Origin: Nitrosopumilus sp.
GTDB taxonomy: Archaea > Thermoproteota > Nitrososphaeria > Nitrososphaerales > Nitrosopumilaceae
NCBI GenBank assembly: GCA_963667665.2
Contig: OY763927.2
Location: 1,472,001-1,536,000 of the forward strand
Reading direction: 5' to 3'
DNA length: 64,000 nt
The notes beneath the pieces were generated by a model, which did no database searches, had not been told where the DNA came from, and saw only the letters and a program-made list of their open reading frames with translations. How positions within the stretch are numbered: the first letter of the stretch is position 1; each line of letters starts with the position of its first letter. Shown piece after piece: positions 30,094-39,918 of the stretch. The translations under genes were made by a program, and so were the position numbers.

Positions 30094-31016
30094 TGACCTT
30101 AAAAATTACTGTAAAGGCACCATCATCTACTGCAAACCTAGGTCCAGGATTTGATGTATTTGGATTAGCAATAGATGCATTTCATGACGAGGTAACACTA
30201 ACCAAAACAAAAAGTGGAATAACAATAATTACAGATGATAGCATTCCAATGAATCCTGAAAACAACACTGCAGGATTGGTTGTAAAAAATATGAAAAAAA
30301 AATTAAAAATTAAAAATGGTGTTGAAATTAAAATCAAAAAAGGAGTTCCTACAGGATTTGGAATGGGAAGTAGTGCAGCATCAGCTGCTGCAGCTGCTGT
30401 AGCATTTGATAAACTCTTTGGACTAAAGCTTGATGGAAATACATTAGTAGAATTTGCAGGTTCAGGAGAAAAAGCTAGTGCAGGCTCAGTTCATTATGAT
30501 AATGTTGCTGCTTCTGTTTTGGGAGGATTTGTGATTGTAAAGACAAATCCTTTAGATGTAATTAGAATAGAACCTCCAAAAAATCTTAGAATGTGTATTG
30601 CAATTCCAGATATTGCCGTTCCAAAAAAGAAGACAAAAGTATCAAGAGGAGTAATTCCTAAAAAAATTAAGTTTACTGATAGTGTTTTGAATCTATCAAA
30701 CGCATCAGCAATTATTGCAGGGTTTATGAAAAGAGATCCAGAATTGATTGGAAATTCAATTAAAGATGTGATTGTTGAACCTGCAAGACAGCATATGATA
30801 CCAGGATTTACTAAAGTCAAGCAAAATGCCCTAAAAGCTGGAGCATTTGGCGTTACAATAAGTGGAGCAGGACCTTCAGTAATTGCATTTTCAAAAAGTT
30901 CTGCTAATTTAAAAAAGATCAGTTTAGCTATGACAAAAGGATTTGCATCTAAAAAAATAAAATGTAAAATAATAATCTGTAAACCTAGTAAAGGTGCTGC
31001 AGATAAGAGAAAATAA
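30093..31016 (+). CDS. thrB: Homoserine kinase
   Basis: PSSTANLGPGFD, GMGSSAA, HYDN, SGAGPS. Confidence 0.95.
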   Translation: MTLKITVKAPSSTANLGPGFDVFGLAIDAFHDEVTLTKTKSGITIITDDSIPMNPENNTAGLVVKNMKKKLKIKNGVEIKIKKGVPTGFGMGSSAASAAAAAVAFDKLFGLKLDGNTLVEFAGSGEKASAGSVHYDNVAASVLGGFVIVKTNPLDVIRIEPPKNLRMCIAIPDIAVPKKKTKVSRGVIPKKIKFTDSVLNLSNASAIIAGFMKRDPELIGNSIKDVIVEPARQHMIPGFTKVKQNALKAGAFGVTISGAGPSVIAFSKSSANLKKISLAMTKGFASKKIKCKIIICKPSKGAADKRK

Positions 31017-31031
31017 TTTCAGGTAGATTTT

Positions 31032-31706
31032 ATGAAAAAAGCAGTCATTGTATTTAGCGGTGGAGTTGACTCTGTTTGTGCAGTTTCATTTTTGAAATCA
31101 AGATATGAGTTGTATGGAATTACGTTTTCATATGGACAAAAGGCAAACAGTGAAATTTTAGCTGCAAAATCTTTTGCAAAAAAACTTGGGTTAAAGGAGC
31201 ATAAAGTAATCGATATTGGTTTTATGAAAGACTTGTATGGTGATTCTAACGTTTTAACAAGCACAAAAAGAAAGATTCCTAGTAAATTTGAGTACTCAAT
31301 TGTAGTTCCAATTAGAAATGCAGTATTTCTATCAATTGCATCAGCATGGGCTTTTACAATAAATGCATCATTGGTAGTATACGGTGCTCATACTGGAGAT
31401 AAACATTATCCTGATTGTAGACCAACTTTTGCAAAAAAACTTGAAGCTGCATTTAATCAAGGAGAGATTGATGGAATAAATTCAGGATTACGAAAAAGCA
31501 TTGAGATTTGGTCTCCTTATCGTGAAGGATTATCAAAAAAAGATCTACTAAAAGCTGGAATGAAAGTTTTGGGTGATTCTATCTTTAAAACATGGAGTTG
31601 TTATTCAAATAAAAAATATCATTGTGGAGTTTGTGAATCTTGTAATAACAGAAAAATTGCATTTCAGAAAGCTGGTATTACAGATAAAACAAAATATCTT
31701 AAATAA
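31032..31706 (+). CDS. queC: 7-cyano-7-deazaguanine synthase
   Basis: SGGVDS, VPIRN, YPDCR, TWSCY...CGVCESC. Confidence 0.95.
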   Translation: MKKAVIVFSGGVDSVCAVSFLKSRYELYGITFSYGQKANSEILAAKSFAKKLGLKEHKVIDIGFMKDLYGDSNVLTSTKRKIPSKFEYSIVVPIRNAVFLSIASAWAFTINASLVVYGAHTGDKHYPDCRPTFAKKLEAAFNQGEIDGINSGLRKSIEIWSPYREGLSKKDLLKAGMKVLGDSIFKTWSCYSNKKYHCGVCESCNNRKIAFQKAGITDKTKYLK

Positions 31707-31708
31707 TT

Positions 31709-31960
31709 CTAGAAACGATTACGAAGAATTTTCTTTTTTAGAATAAAACCTCTAATTCCAACATACCAAACCAGGAAGAATGATCCAAAAATTCCTGTGA
31801 TCACATAGTTATGTATGTCTACTGGAAGTTCTCCAAAAGAGTCAGTAATTTTAACTGCTGCTAGAAAAGAGAGTACAATAAGAAGTACACATTCTACCGC
31901 ATACCAAATCCAATGAGGGAATGATTCCTTCGGAATGTGGATATTATCATGATTTACCAT
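31709..31960 (-). CDS. Small 2-TM membrane protein
   Basis: Two hydrophobic helices. Confidence 0.65.
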   Translation of the reverse strand: MVNHDNIHIPKESFPHWIWYAVECVLLIVLSFLAAVKITDSFGELPVDIHNYVITGIFGSFFLVWYVGIRGFILKKKILRNRF

Positions 31961-32002
31961 TAACTGTAATCAAAATCGTTGATTATTTAATTTTTGTATA
32001 TT

Positions 32003-32560
32003 CTAAAAATAAGAATCTGAGGCACGTTTTCTAACAAGTTTCATTATACTCTCTTTTTCCTCTTTATTTTCATAAATTCCTCTAAATGCTGATGAAGAGA
32101 GTGTTGCATTATTTTTAACACCACGCATTTTCATACAAAGATGTTCCGCATCAGCAAAAACTACTACACCTTTAACACCTTGAGAATACAGTTCATCTGC
32201 AATGTTTTTGGTTAGTCGTTCCTGAATTTGAAGTCTCTTTGAATATTTTTCAACTAGTCTAACAAGTTTTGAGATTCCAAAAACTTTGCCATTTGGTGAG
32301 TAAGCAATGTTAATTTTTCCAAAAAATGGCAACATATGGTGTTCACACATTGAATAAAATTGAATATCACGTACAATAACTACATCAGAATCTTCAGAGA
32401 ATTGTACAATTAACTCTGAATCAGAGTCATATCCCCCAAAGATTTCTTTATACATATTTGCAATTCTTTCAGGAGTCTCTCGTAATCCTTCACGGGTAGG
32501 ATCTTCACCAATTTCAATAATTAATTCTCTTACGAGTTTTTTTACACGTTCTTTGTCCAT
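32003..32560 (-). CDS. folE: GTP cyclohydrolase I
   Basis: REGLRETPER, CEHH, GISKL, QIQERLT, HLCMKMRG. Confidence 0.96.
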   Translation of the reverse strand: MDKERVKKLVRELIIEIGEDPTREGLRETPERIANMYKEIFGGYDSDSELIVQFSEDSDVVIVRDIQFYSMCEHHMLPFFGKINIAYSPNGKVFGISKLVRLVEKYSKRLQIQERLTKNIADELYSQGVKGVVVFADAEHLCMKMRGVKNNATLSSSAFRGIYENKEEKESIMKLVRKRASDSYF

Positions 32561-32624
32561 TTGATATTTTCACAGAATTTTTCTAGTATTTGAACCTAAT
32601 CAGATTTTTAGGCAGATCGTAATG

Positions 32625-33338
32625 TTATGGGGCTCCAATGAATTTGTGTAATTGAGGAACTACCTTGACATCAATATAATGTGGATACACTATATCATAC
32701 AAATTCAATAAAAGATCCAGTGATGGTTCAGAAACACCATAAGTTGGCTGAATAATAAATCCATCAATCTCATCTTTAGAGATTACATCAAAAATTTGAT
32801 TTGTTAATTCTTCAAATTCGTTTAACTGAGTTTTTGAGCTAACTACAATTTTGATATAAGTTGTTTTCTTTGCTTTTACAGATGATTCAAGACACTTCAT
32901 TGCATGAATTATTAATTTTTCATAGTGTTTAGAGTCTACAAAATCAGAATCTTTTGTTTTAAATTCAATTTTGATAATATCAAAAAATGGTAAAACATGA
33001 TTAAATCTATCAATATCAAAACATGATGATTCAAGGTATGTAGGAATTTTTTTATCTTGAATATGCTTTGCAAGTAATGCTACGGCTTGGTGTTGAATTA
33101 ATGGATCACCTCCCGTAAAATTTACTTTGTAAGTTTGATTTTTGAGATTAGAATCAATTAGTTGATTTGCATCTTCAATTGTATATTCTGTGCCAGAATC
33201 AAGGGGAAGAGATTCTAAGGTATCACAATAAAAACAAGTGAAAGGACATCCTGCAAGTCTCACAAAAAGAGTCTTTGTTCCATAAAGAATACCTTCACCT
33301 TCTACTGATGTAAATATCTCAAATAATCTTACTTTCAA
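32625..33338 (-). CDS. queE: 7-carboxy-7-deazaguanine synthase (radical SAM)
   Basis: EIFTSVEGEG, CPFTCFYCDT, TGGDP, PQLHK. Confidence 0.93.
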   Translation of the reverse strand: MKVRLFEIFTSVEGEGILYGTKTLFVRLAGCPFTCFYCDTLESLPLDSGTEYTIEDANQLIDSNLKNQTYKVNFTGGDPLIQHQAVALLAKHIQDKKIPTYLESSCFDIDRFNHVLPFFDIIKIEFKTKDSDFVDSKHYEKLIIHAMKCLESSVKAKKTTYIKIVVSSKTQLNEFEELTNQIFDVISKDEIDGFIIQPTYGVSEPSLDLLLNLYDIVYPHYIDVKVVPQLHKFIGAP

Positions 33339-33379
33339 GTAATAATAGTAGTTTTTTTCATTATTTATTCAATGAGTTT

Positions 33380-33580
33380 CTAATGCATTGAAGGTTCTTT
33401 TGAATAGAATAGTCCAGAGATAAAGAATACTATTCCTAAGATTCCAATAGTGCTTCCAACAAGTTCTATTTGATTTTGAAAATATTCTTCCATTGGAGCC
33501 CATAACCATGCCATCAAAGCGCCAACTACAATCATTGGAATTCCTACCCCAACAACAATTGCTTGAGAGGCCATGCTCAA
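33380..33580 (-). CDS. Small 2-TM membrane protein
   Basis: Two hydrophobic helices. Confidence 0.65.
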   Translation of the reverse strand: MSMASQAIVVGVGIPMIVVGALMAWLWAPMEEYFQNQIELVGSTIGILGIVFFISGLFYSKEPSMH

Positions 33581-33618
33581 TTCTGATTAGAAAATGTATA
33601 TGAAGTTTATGATATCTA

Positions 33619-34638
33619 TCAAAGAGAATTTTTAATTTCTCGTAATTGTTTTACTAAATCTCTTAGAAGATCGTTTGCTGCATCTGATTCACCTTCTGAT
33701 AAATGGCTTTTAATGTTTTCAAGTATTTTTCTGGCATCATCTAGATCACTTTGATCTACTCCATCTATCTGAGATAATCTAGATAGGGTTTTTTCAACTT
33801 GTAAAACTCTAGATTCAAGTCTATCATTTTTTGTTAGTTCAAACTGATCCTTAATTGACATAATCTTCCTAATTTCTTTGATAATTTCTCTTGGATTATC
33901 TGCAGAAGAGAGATTTTCTTTGGCTGTTTCTAGTTTTTCTATAATTTCATCAGCGACACCCTGTTTTTTGGCATATTCAATTAATCGATCAAGTTGTTCT
34001 AGATATTTCTTAGCATATTCGTTAGCACGTTGAGATTCATGTTTAGATGCTTCTTCACGAAGTTCTTTTTTTACTTCCACGATAGTTTCTTTAATTTCAT
34101 GAAGAGTTTCTAATGCTAATGCAAATTGATGATCACTAATCTGTTGTTTTGCTTTAGCAAACAACTCATCTAGTTCAGAAAAGTCAATTGAAGCATTATG
34201 TTTTTTGGCAATTGTCTTTATGCTATCTACATATCCTTGTAGTCTTTGAAGAAGATTTGATGGATCTCTGACAGTGTCTCTTATAGAAGCAGATTCAGCT
34301 TGAGATACAACATCAGATACTGTATCAGATGTTGTTAAATGTCTAGAGATTTCTTTGAAAATTTTCATAGCAGAAAGGAAATTCTCCTTTACAGAACCAG
34401 CATCATCACTTCTAAGTGCTCTTTCTAATGTATTGACTTTTTGTGTTCCTTCTTCAAATAATCTCTTTACTTGATCTGAGGAATCAGCAGAGATTTGATT
34501 ATGAATTTGTTCTTGTGCACGTTTTGCAATCTTTAGAAGAACTGAAGAATCATCTTGAGCAGAAACATTACTTGTCATGCCTCCAAGAGCCATACTTGCA
34601 ACTAAAATTAACAAACCAAGAGATGCTATATTTTTCAT
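33619..34638 (-). CDS. Secreted alpha-helical repeat/coiled-coil protein
   Basis: Signal peptide then amphipathic helices; overlaps the stop of the upstream gene. Confidence 0.7.
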   Translation of the reverse strand: MKNIASLGLLILVASMALGGMTSNVSAQDDSSVLLKIAKRAQEQIHNQISADSSDQVKRLFEEGTQKVNTLERALRSDDAGSVKENFLSAMKIFKEISRHLTTSDTVSDVVSQAESASIRDTVRDPSNLLQRLQGYVDSIKTIAKKHNASIDFSELDELFAKAKQQISDHQFALALETLHEIKETIVEVKKELREEASKHESQRANEYAKKYLEQLDRLIEYAKKQGVADEIIEKLETAKENLSSADNPREIIKEIRKIMSIKDQFELTKNDRLESRVLQVEKTLSRLSQIDGVDQSDLDDARKILENIKSHLSEGESDAANDLLRDLVKQLREIKNSL

Positions 34639-35663
34639 TCTTCTTTCTCCATTTCTTTCTTCAATTTGACAAGATTTTGTAGGTCTTTTTTGGTAATTTC
34701 AATTATTCCTTGTCTTTCTAATCGTTTTACTGCTCTCCACATTGTAGTTCTAGGTTGAAGGAATTTTTTTCTTAATTCACTTTCCAAAGCTTGTCCTCCA
34801 TTTTCAGAAATAAATTTAATGATTTCTTTGTCATCCTCACGTAATAGTGGTCTTAGATTGAAAATAGTTCCAGGGTCAAGAGAGTCTGTATTTGTTTTAG
34901 ATCCCGAAGAAACTTTAGTTTGTATAACAAGTGAAGATTTTGCTTGTTTTCTTTTAATCATAATTACTGCTCCAGTTATAGCTGCTGCAATAGGAACTCC
35001 AATTAGAGCTAATGTAGAAATATCAATAGTTGGTTGTACTGGATTTATGGTTGGTGGATTTGTAGTACCAAAAATATAATTAATTTCTGATAAACCGTTG
35101 CTTAGCTCTAGTTTTGTTTGATCATTCACTAGATCCATATTTGATGGAAGTACATTCATACCAACAATAATGGAATTTGATGGCATCAATAATGAATAAT
35201 CAATTGGTGATTCAAGAGAAAAAGTCCAAATTCTTCCTTCTTTTGAAATTAAGTCATGAATATCATAATCTATTGTTATAGTGGAAGAACCAAAAGTATC
35301 TATTGTTACTTTATCGCCAATTATTTCACTAGATAATAAAAATCCATTTTCATCAACTGCGACAAAGTTGTCAACAGATGAACCAAATAGATTAACTTCA
35401 AAATCAGGCTCTAAAGGATCTACATCTAGCTGAGTAAAGATATGTGCTGATCCATCTGAATAAAGAGTAAGATCAAGAGTTCGAGTAGAGCTGAATGAGG
35501 ACTGTATTGGCATCGTTAGTGCTACGACAATTAAGCCAGCAATTATCAAAGGTGTCTTAACCATTGTTTCGACGATACCATCAGTCCTTACAAAAAGCAT
35601 TCCATCTTCTCGAAAAGACTCTATTCTCTGTATAGGTACGATTTGGGGATTCATTGGGATCAA
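34635..35663 (-). CDS. Membrane-anchored winged-HTH regulator (extracellular domain-TM-cytoplasmic HTH, COG2512-like)
   Basis: Signal/TM, beta domain, TM, then LREDDKEII...ESELRK..QPRTTMWRAVKRLE; start may be 35564. Confidence 0.75.
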   Translation of the reverse strand: MIPMNPQIVPIQRIESFREDGMLFVRTDGIVETMVKTPLIIAGLIVVALTMPIQSSFSSTRTLDLTLYSDGSAHIFTQLDVDPLEPDFEVNLFGSSVDNFVAVDENGFLLSSEIIGDKVTIDTFGSSTITIDYDIHDLISKEGRIWTFSLESPIDYSLLMPSNSIIVGMNVLPSNMDLVNDQTKLELSNGLSEINYIFGTTNPPTINPVQPTIDISTLALIGVPIAAAITGAVIMIKRKQAKSSLVIQTKVSSGSKTNTDSLDPGTIFNLRPLLREDDKEIIKFISENGGQALESELRKKFLQPRTTMWRAVKRLERQGIIEITKKDLQNLVKLKKEMEKEE

Positions 35664-35947
35664 TACCTTAGATTCATGCTTTCTACGAGTCCCTGGAATC
35701 TTTTAAATTCCTGGAAGAATTCAAGTCCTTTTTCAGTAATCATAAAGACTCTATTCCTGTCATTTTTGACAGAATCTACTAAGCCAGCTTCTACCAGTTT
35801 CTCACATTTGTCTAATACTGCATAGTGAGATAGGTTTGCTTTGCGAGAGATCGCAGATACAATGACTCCATCACGACCACCATCGGCGGTTACGTATAAG
35901 ATATCACCCATTACGCCCATTTCGGACCTGTATTGTTGTTTTGACAT
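35660..35947 (-). CDS. Winged-helix transcriptional regulator (HTH_45-like)
   Basis: YRSE...ISRKANLSH...LVEAGLV...ITEKG. Confidence 0.85.
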   Translation of the reverse strand: MSKQQYRSEMGVMGDILYVTADGGRDGVIVSAISRKANLSHYAVLDKCEKLVEAGLVDSVKNDRNRVFMITEKGLEFFQEFKRFQGLVESMNLRY

Positions 35948-35975
35948 GTCTTAGTATACAACTAATTAGTTTATG

Positions 35976-36019
35976 AGGAACATTTTGAAACATCAAAGCG
36001 GAACGCAAAGCGGAACAGG
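35976..36019. promoter_or_regulatory. Candidate operator array: CAAAGCGGAAC x2 plus GGAAC/GAAAC at ~11-12 bp spacing
   Basis: 35994-36004 and 36006-36016 identical; GGAACAGG recurs near 36206 at the divergent promoter. Confidence 0.5.
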
Positions 36020-36259
36020 TTTTTCAGCTAGAAAAATGATGGAATTTTACAGAAAATGATGCGGGAAAGAAATTCTAAGAAATTTAATGCCTAAAATTTG
36101 ATAAGAAAAAATTCATTTTCTCAAAAAATAATCATTTCTAAAGTTTTTACAAAACTGATACAGTTTCAAGATTTTTTGTTAATTTTTAAGAAATTTGCTA
36201 TTTAAGGAACAGGACGTTTCCTTGCCGTCCCTAAACTATCATTTAACCAAGTCTTAGAT

Positions 36260-36838
36260 ATGAAAAAATCTCACAACAGAACTATTGGAGTAATAGCAGT
36301 CTTTTTGATGCTTGGTGCTTCACCGTTATCTGTAACATACTCATTTGCAGATATACAAGGCAATCAAAAAGAGAGAATTGGAGTAATTCTTACTGAAGAA
36401 GTAGTTAATGGAAAGCTGCAAGTCCGACATTATGTGTTACCTGATGACATTACAGAAGATGATATACAGAGAAGGTTATCCTTTGAAGGTCAACCATCAA
36501 GTTGGGCATATGTAAATTACCAAGCATATCATTCAGGGATAGTCATCTTTGATGGTAAAGCATCTAAGGTTGGAGAAAATCTATGGAAAATTTCTACAAA
36601 TGATGTGATGGACAAAACAGTCTCAGATGAGAATTTCAGTTACAGAGTCGTATTTTCTGGAAAAGCTGTAGAAATAGATGAGGAGAATGTAATTGCCATT
36701 TCCTTTATGAATTATAGTCTAAAAAATCCTGAGATGGTGCCAAATATCAAATTTCTTCAGGTTGGAGAACTGACCATAAAATCAGAAAAATCAATTAACT
36801 CTAACCAAGAATTCAGAAATTCAGTATGGGTGAGATAA
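36260..36838 (+). CDS. Secreted hypothetical protein
   Basis: Signal peptide; followed by a T-tract. Confidence 0.65.
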   Translation: MKKSHNRTIGVIAVFLMLGASPLSVTYSFADIQGNQKERIGVILTEEVVNGKLQVRHYVLPDDITEDDIQRRLSFEGQPSSWAYVNYQAYHSGIVIFDGKASKVGENLWKISTNDVMDKTVSDENFSYRVVFSGKAVEIDEENVIAISFMNYSLKNPEMVPNIKFLQVGELTIKSEKSINSNQEFRNSVWVR

Positions 36839-36938
36839 TCACCACTTTTTTTTCTTTAATTGACTAAAAATCATTCACAAGGTCAGCTTTGAGATTCTTA
36901 GTAACTTTTTATTCCTAGATTGAAAAGAAAATCATAAA

Positions 36939-37406
36939 ATGTTTGATAAATTCAGAGAAGGTGAAGGAGAGATGGTAGAAGAAAGAAGAGAGGAGAACAC
37001 GAATACTGAAGAATCTACTTCAACTGTAGAGTCTGGAAGTGAGATTGGAATTGGAGAATTAATAGGAAAACGTGCAAAATTAGAAGAAGCAATAGATTAT
37101 GTCGGTTTAATGATTAAGAATCTCAGAGATAAGAGAACTTTACTTGAAAAAGACATTGAAGAAGAATCAGTAGATATTAAGAATCTCAAAGAAAAACTAC
37201 AGAAAGTTAGTGAATACATAGAAGAGGAAAATAGAGGAATTAGGGATCTTTCAATTAAAAGAAAACAAGTAGAAGATGAAGCTGATCAAGTAGAAACAAT
37301 CATCAATACATTAAGAGACAGACTATCAGGAATTGATAGAATAATTGGTGATGAAGGTAGTAGAGTTAAGAGAATTAAAGAATCTAGAGATTCTCTAGAA
37401 GAATAA
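36939..37406 (+). CDS. Coiled-coil protein
   Basis: Heptad pattern, acidic; convergent with the cdvB paralogue. Confidence 0.7.
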   Translation: MFDKFREGEGEMVEERREENTNTEESTSTVESGSEIGIGELIGKRAKLEEAIDYVGLMIKNLRDKRTLLEKDIEEESVDIKNLKEKLQKVSEYIEEENRGIRDLSIKRKQVEDEADQVETIINTLRDRLSGIDRIIGDEGSRVKRIKESRDSLEE

Positions 37407-37417
37407 AAATTTTAGAA

Positions 37418-38059
37418 TTAGAGGAATTTAGCAGTAGTTGTTTCTTGAGTTTCTGTTGGAACTGAAGGGAACATTTGACCTGCAGAAGTCTCTGCAACAG
37501 CAGCAGCTTCTTTGAGAATACTTTCAGATTCTGCGTTAGTAGTTTCATCAACTCCAAATGCTGTATCTCCTGAGAAACTTTCTGTCATAAAGCCTCCAAG
37601 CATTTCTGCCATTTGACCAATTTCTTGCTCAGCCCCTGGCATTATTTTTCCAAGAGATGATTTTAGATTCTTCATCAAACCCATTGTTGGCATAATTGCT
37701 ATTACAGTATCTCCAAGATCACTGCAGGTAGTTAAGCGTAATTCAATTTGTTCTAATGCTATTCTAGCACTACTCAAAATTTTGGTAACTTTTCTTACCT
37801 CGGCTAACTCATTACCAAGAACTTTACTGGTTTGAGTATCGTGTTTTTGTGTTGCCTTTACAATTCTTTGAAATAATTTTGCATCACGTTCTTGTAAGTT
37901 TGTTAGCATTGAATCTAATTTTGTAATTTGTAATTGTAATTTTTTAATTCCATCCTGAACTCTTGGTTTTAGGGGACCTTTAGGCTTGAGTGTATCATTA
38001 ATTTTTTCAGTAATACTGGGTTGTGACTGTTTTGACCATTTACTAGACAAATTAGGCAT
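37418..38059 (-). CDS. cdvB: ESCRT-III/Snf7-family CdvB paralogue
   Basis: Highly similar to 1031-1684 (LKPRVQ..LQLQITKLDSML..LQERDA). Confidence 0.85.
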   Translation of the reverse strand: MPNLSSKWSKQSQPSITEKINDTLKPKGPLKPRVQDGIKKLQLQITKLDSMLTNLQERDAKLFQRIVKATQKHDTQTSKVLGNELAEVRKVTKILSSARIALEQIELRLTTCSDLGDTVIAIMPTMGLMKNLKSSLGKIMPGAEQEIGQMAEMLGGFMTESFSGDTAFGVDETTNAESESILKEAAAVAETSAGQMFPSVPTETQETTTAKFL

Positions 38060-38230
38060 AAGTTCGATTTTAGAATATGTACTTAATTTCAGGGGTGAAT
38101 ATTGATTTACAGTAGATAAAATTTTTCTAACTAAAATTAAACATTAGTGGTTTTTCTGAGGCTAGATTATGCAATATGTTCCTCATTAATTTAGAAATTT
38201 ATTTTTATAATGGAATTTAGAACTTAGTAA

Positions 38231-38674
38231 ATGAATAAAAAAATTATAATAATTCCCATTCTTATAATTACAATTTTAGTAGTTTTTTCATCAAATTCAT
38301 CTAAGGAAAAAAATATGATATTTCATGTAACTCTTGCAGATCCTGAACTGTACAATAATGGAGTTTATACTAATGCATTTACTATAGACAAAGGAGAATA
38401 TTATTTTAGATTTGTCCCAAATGGAAGTAGTCCAGATACGTTATCAATAAAATTGGCTGGAGAAAAATTATTTAATTTTTCTGAAGATTTTCAGCTTGAA
38501 AGTACCTCACACCAAACTGGAGCATCTGAATACTTTACATGGGAATATAATGGAAAGAAAACCATTTTGATTTCAGAGATGCAAACAGTTTTCATAATTA
38601 TTAATCCAAATGGAAATGTTATGGGTTCAGTATCTGTAGATATTTTAGAAAATAAAGAAGGCGTACACCCCTAA
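38231..38674 (+). CDS. Membrane-anchored hypothetical protein
   Basis: N-terminal TM, HVTLADP...FRFVPNG beta domain. Confidence 0.65.
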   Translation: MNKKIIIIPILIITILVVFSSNSSKEKNMIFHVTLADPELYNNGVYTNAFTIDKGEYYFRFVPNGSSPDTLSIKLAGEKLFNFSEDFQLESTSHQTGASEYFTWEYNGKKTILISEMQTVFIIINPNGNVMGSVSVDILENKEGVHP

Positions 38675-38790
38675 ACTGCAGAACTTTGAGAGATTTCCTC
38701 TCGTGGTCAGAACGTTAACGTCTGATTGCCTTTTTCGTTCTGCGGGGCTACGCAGTTTTAGTCGATAGGAATTATATCCTTCGGCATCAT
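38657..38790 (-). ncRNA. Candidate ~130-nt structured ncRNA
   Basis: GC-rich multi-stem segment with upstream TTAAATA box and downstream T-rich tract on the minus strand. Confidence 0.55.
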
Positions 38791-38884
38791 ATTATATAGT
38801 AACTTTAACTATTTAACATTTCATATGATAAATTATAAGATTTTATGATATTTTATAAAATATTTTGTGCCTATTCTGAAATAG

Positions 38885-39664
38885 TTGATCTATAAATTAC
38901 GAATTTTTGTGAAAAAAATATTGAGATTATCAGGAAAAATTGCAATAGTAACTGGTGGAAGTAGAGGAATAGGATTTGCTACTGCAAAAATTTTATCAGA
39001 AAATGGAGCAACAGTGGTAATTACAGCAAAGGATAAGGATAGATTAGAAAAATCTGTATTAGAAGTTTCTAATGCAGTTGGTATTGCAGCTGATATTAGA
39101 AAAAAAAATGAAGTAAAAAGTGTTGTAAATAAAACAATTGAGAAATTTGGAAAATTAGATATTCTTGTAAATAATGCTGGAATATTTCCAAAGATCAAAC
39201 CATTACATGAAATTGATGAGGATGAGTGGAATGAAATTATAGATGTAAATCTTACAGGACAATTTAGATTTACTAAGGAAGCAATTCCTCATTTGAAAAA
39301 ATCAGGTGGTTCAATAATTAATATTTCATCTGATGCAGGATTAAAGGCATATCAAGGATTTAATGCTGATGCATATTCTGCTTCAAAAGCAGCACTAATT
39401 TTGCTAACAAAATGTTGGGCACTTGAATATGCAAAAAATAAGATTAGAGTTAATTGTATTTGTCCTGGAGTAGTAGATACAGATATGACAAAGCCATTTA
39501 TGAAAACACAGAAAGATAAAGAATTCATGGATAGTGAGCATCCAATAGGTAGAATTGGTCAACCGGAAGAAGTAGCAAAAGCAGTAATGTATTTTGCATC
39601 AGATGATGCATCTTGGACTACTGGTGCAATACTTGCAGTAGATGGAGGAGAATCAATTAAATGA
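38885..39664 (+). CDS. Short-chain dehydrogenase/reductase (FabG-like)
   Basis: TGGSRGIG, NNAG, YSASK, VDGG; true start probably ~38921. Confidence 0.92.
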   Translation: MIYKLRIFVKKILRLSGKIAIVTGGSRGIGFATAKILSENGATVVITAKDKDRLEKSVLEVSNAVGIAADIRKKNEVKSVVNKTIEKFGKLDILVNNAGIFPKIKPLHEIDEDEWNEIIDVNLTGQFRFTKEAIPHLKKSGGSIINISSDAGLKAYQGFNADAYSASKAALILLTKCWALEYAKNKIRVNCICPGVVDTDMTKPFMKTQKDKEFMDSEHPIGRIGQPEEVAKAVMYFASDDASWTTGAILAVDGGESIK

Positions 39665-39701
39665 ATTCACATGAATTTAATACAACTATTGAGGATATAA
39701 T

Positions 39702-39911
39702 ATGATGAAAGATAGAAAGGCAAAAGCTAAGTTGATTATTCTTTTAGGATCTATTTGGTTTATTATTACATTACCGTTACCATGGATAGTAAACAACCCA
39801 CTAGTTTCAGAATCACAGTTTAACACCATACTTGCGATCATAGGAGTAATGTCAATTCCATTTATTATGCTAGGAGTTGCATGGACATTAAAGCCAGAAC
39901 TTACAACTTAG
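39702..39911 (+). CDS. Small 2-TM membrane protein
   Basis: Two hydrophobic helices. Confidence 0.65.
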   Translation: MMKDRKAKAKLIILLGSIWFIITLPLPWIVNNPLVSESQFNTILAIIGVMSIPFIMLGVAWTLKPELTT

Positions 39912-39918
39912 GTAATTT

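Noticed and set aside
31032-33338. queC-folE-queE near a restriction island as a 7-deazaguanine DNA modification (dpd) system
   Set aside because: Outside the att-bounded element, among housekeeping genes, no dpdA; best explained by archaeosine precursor synthesis
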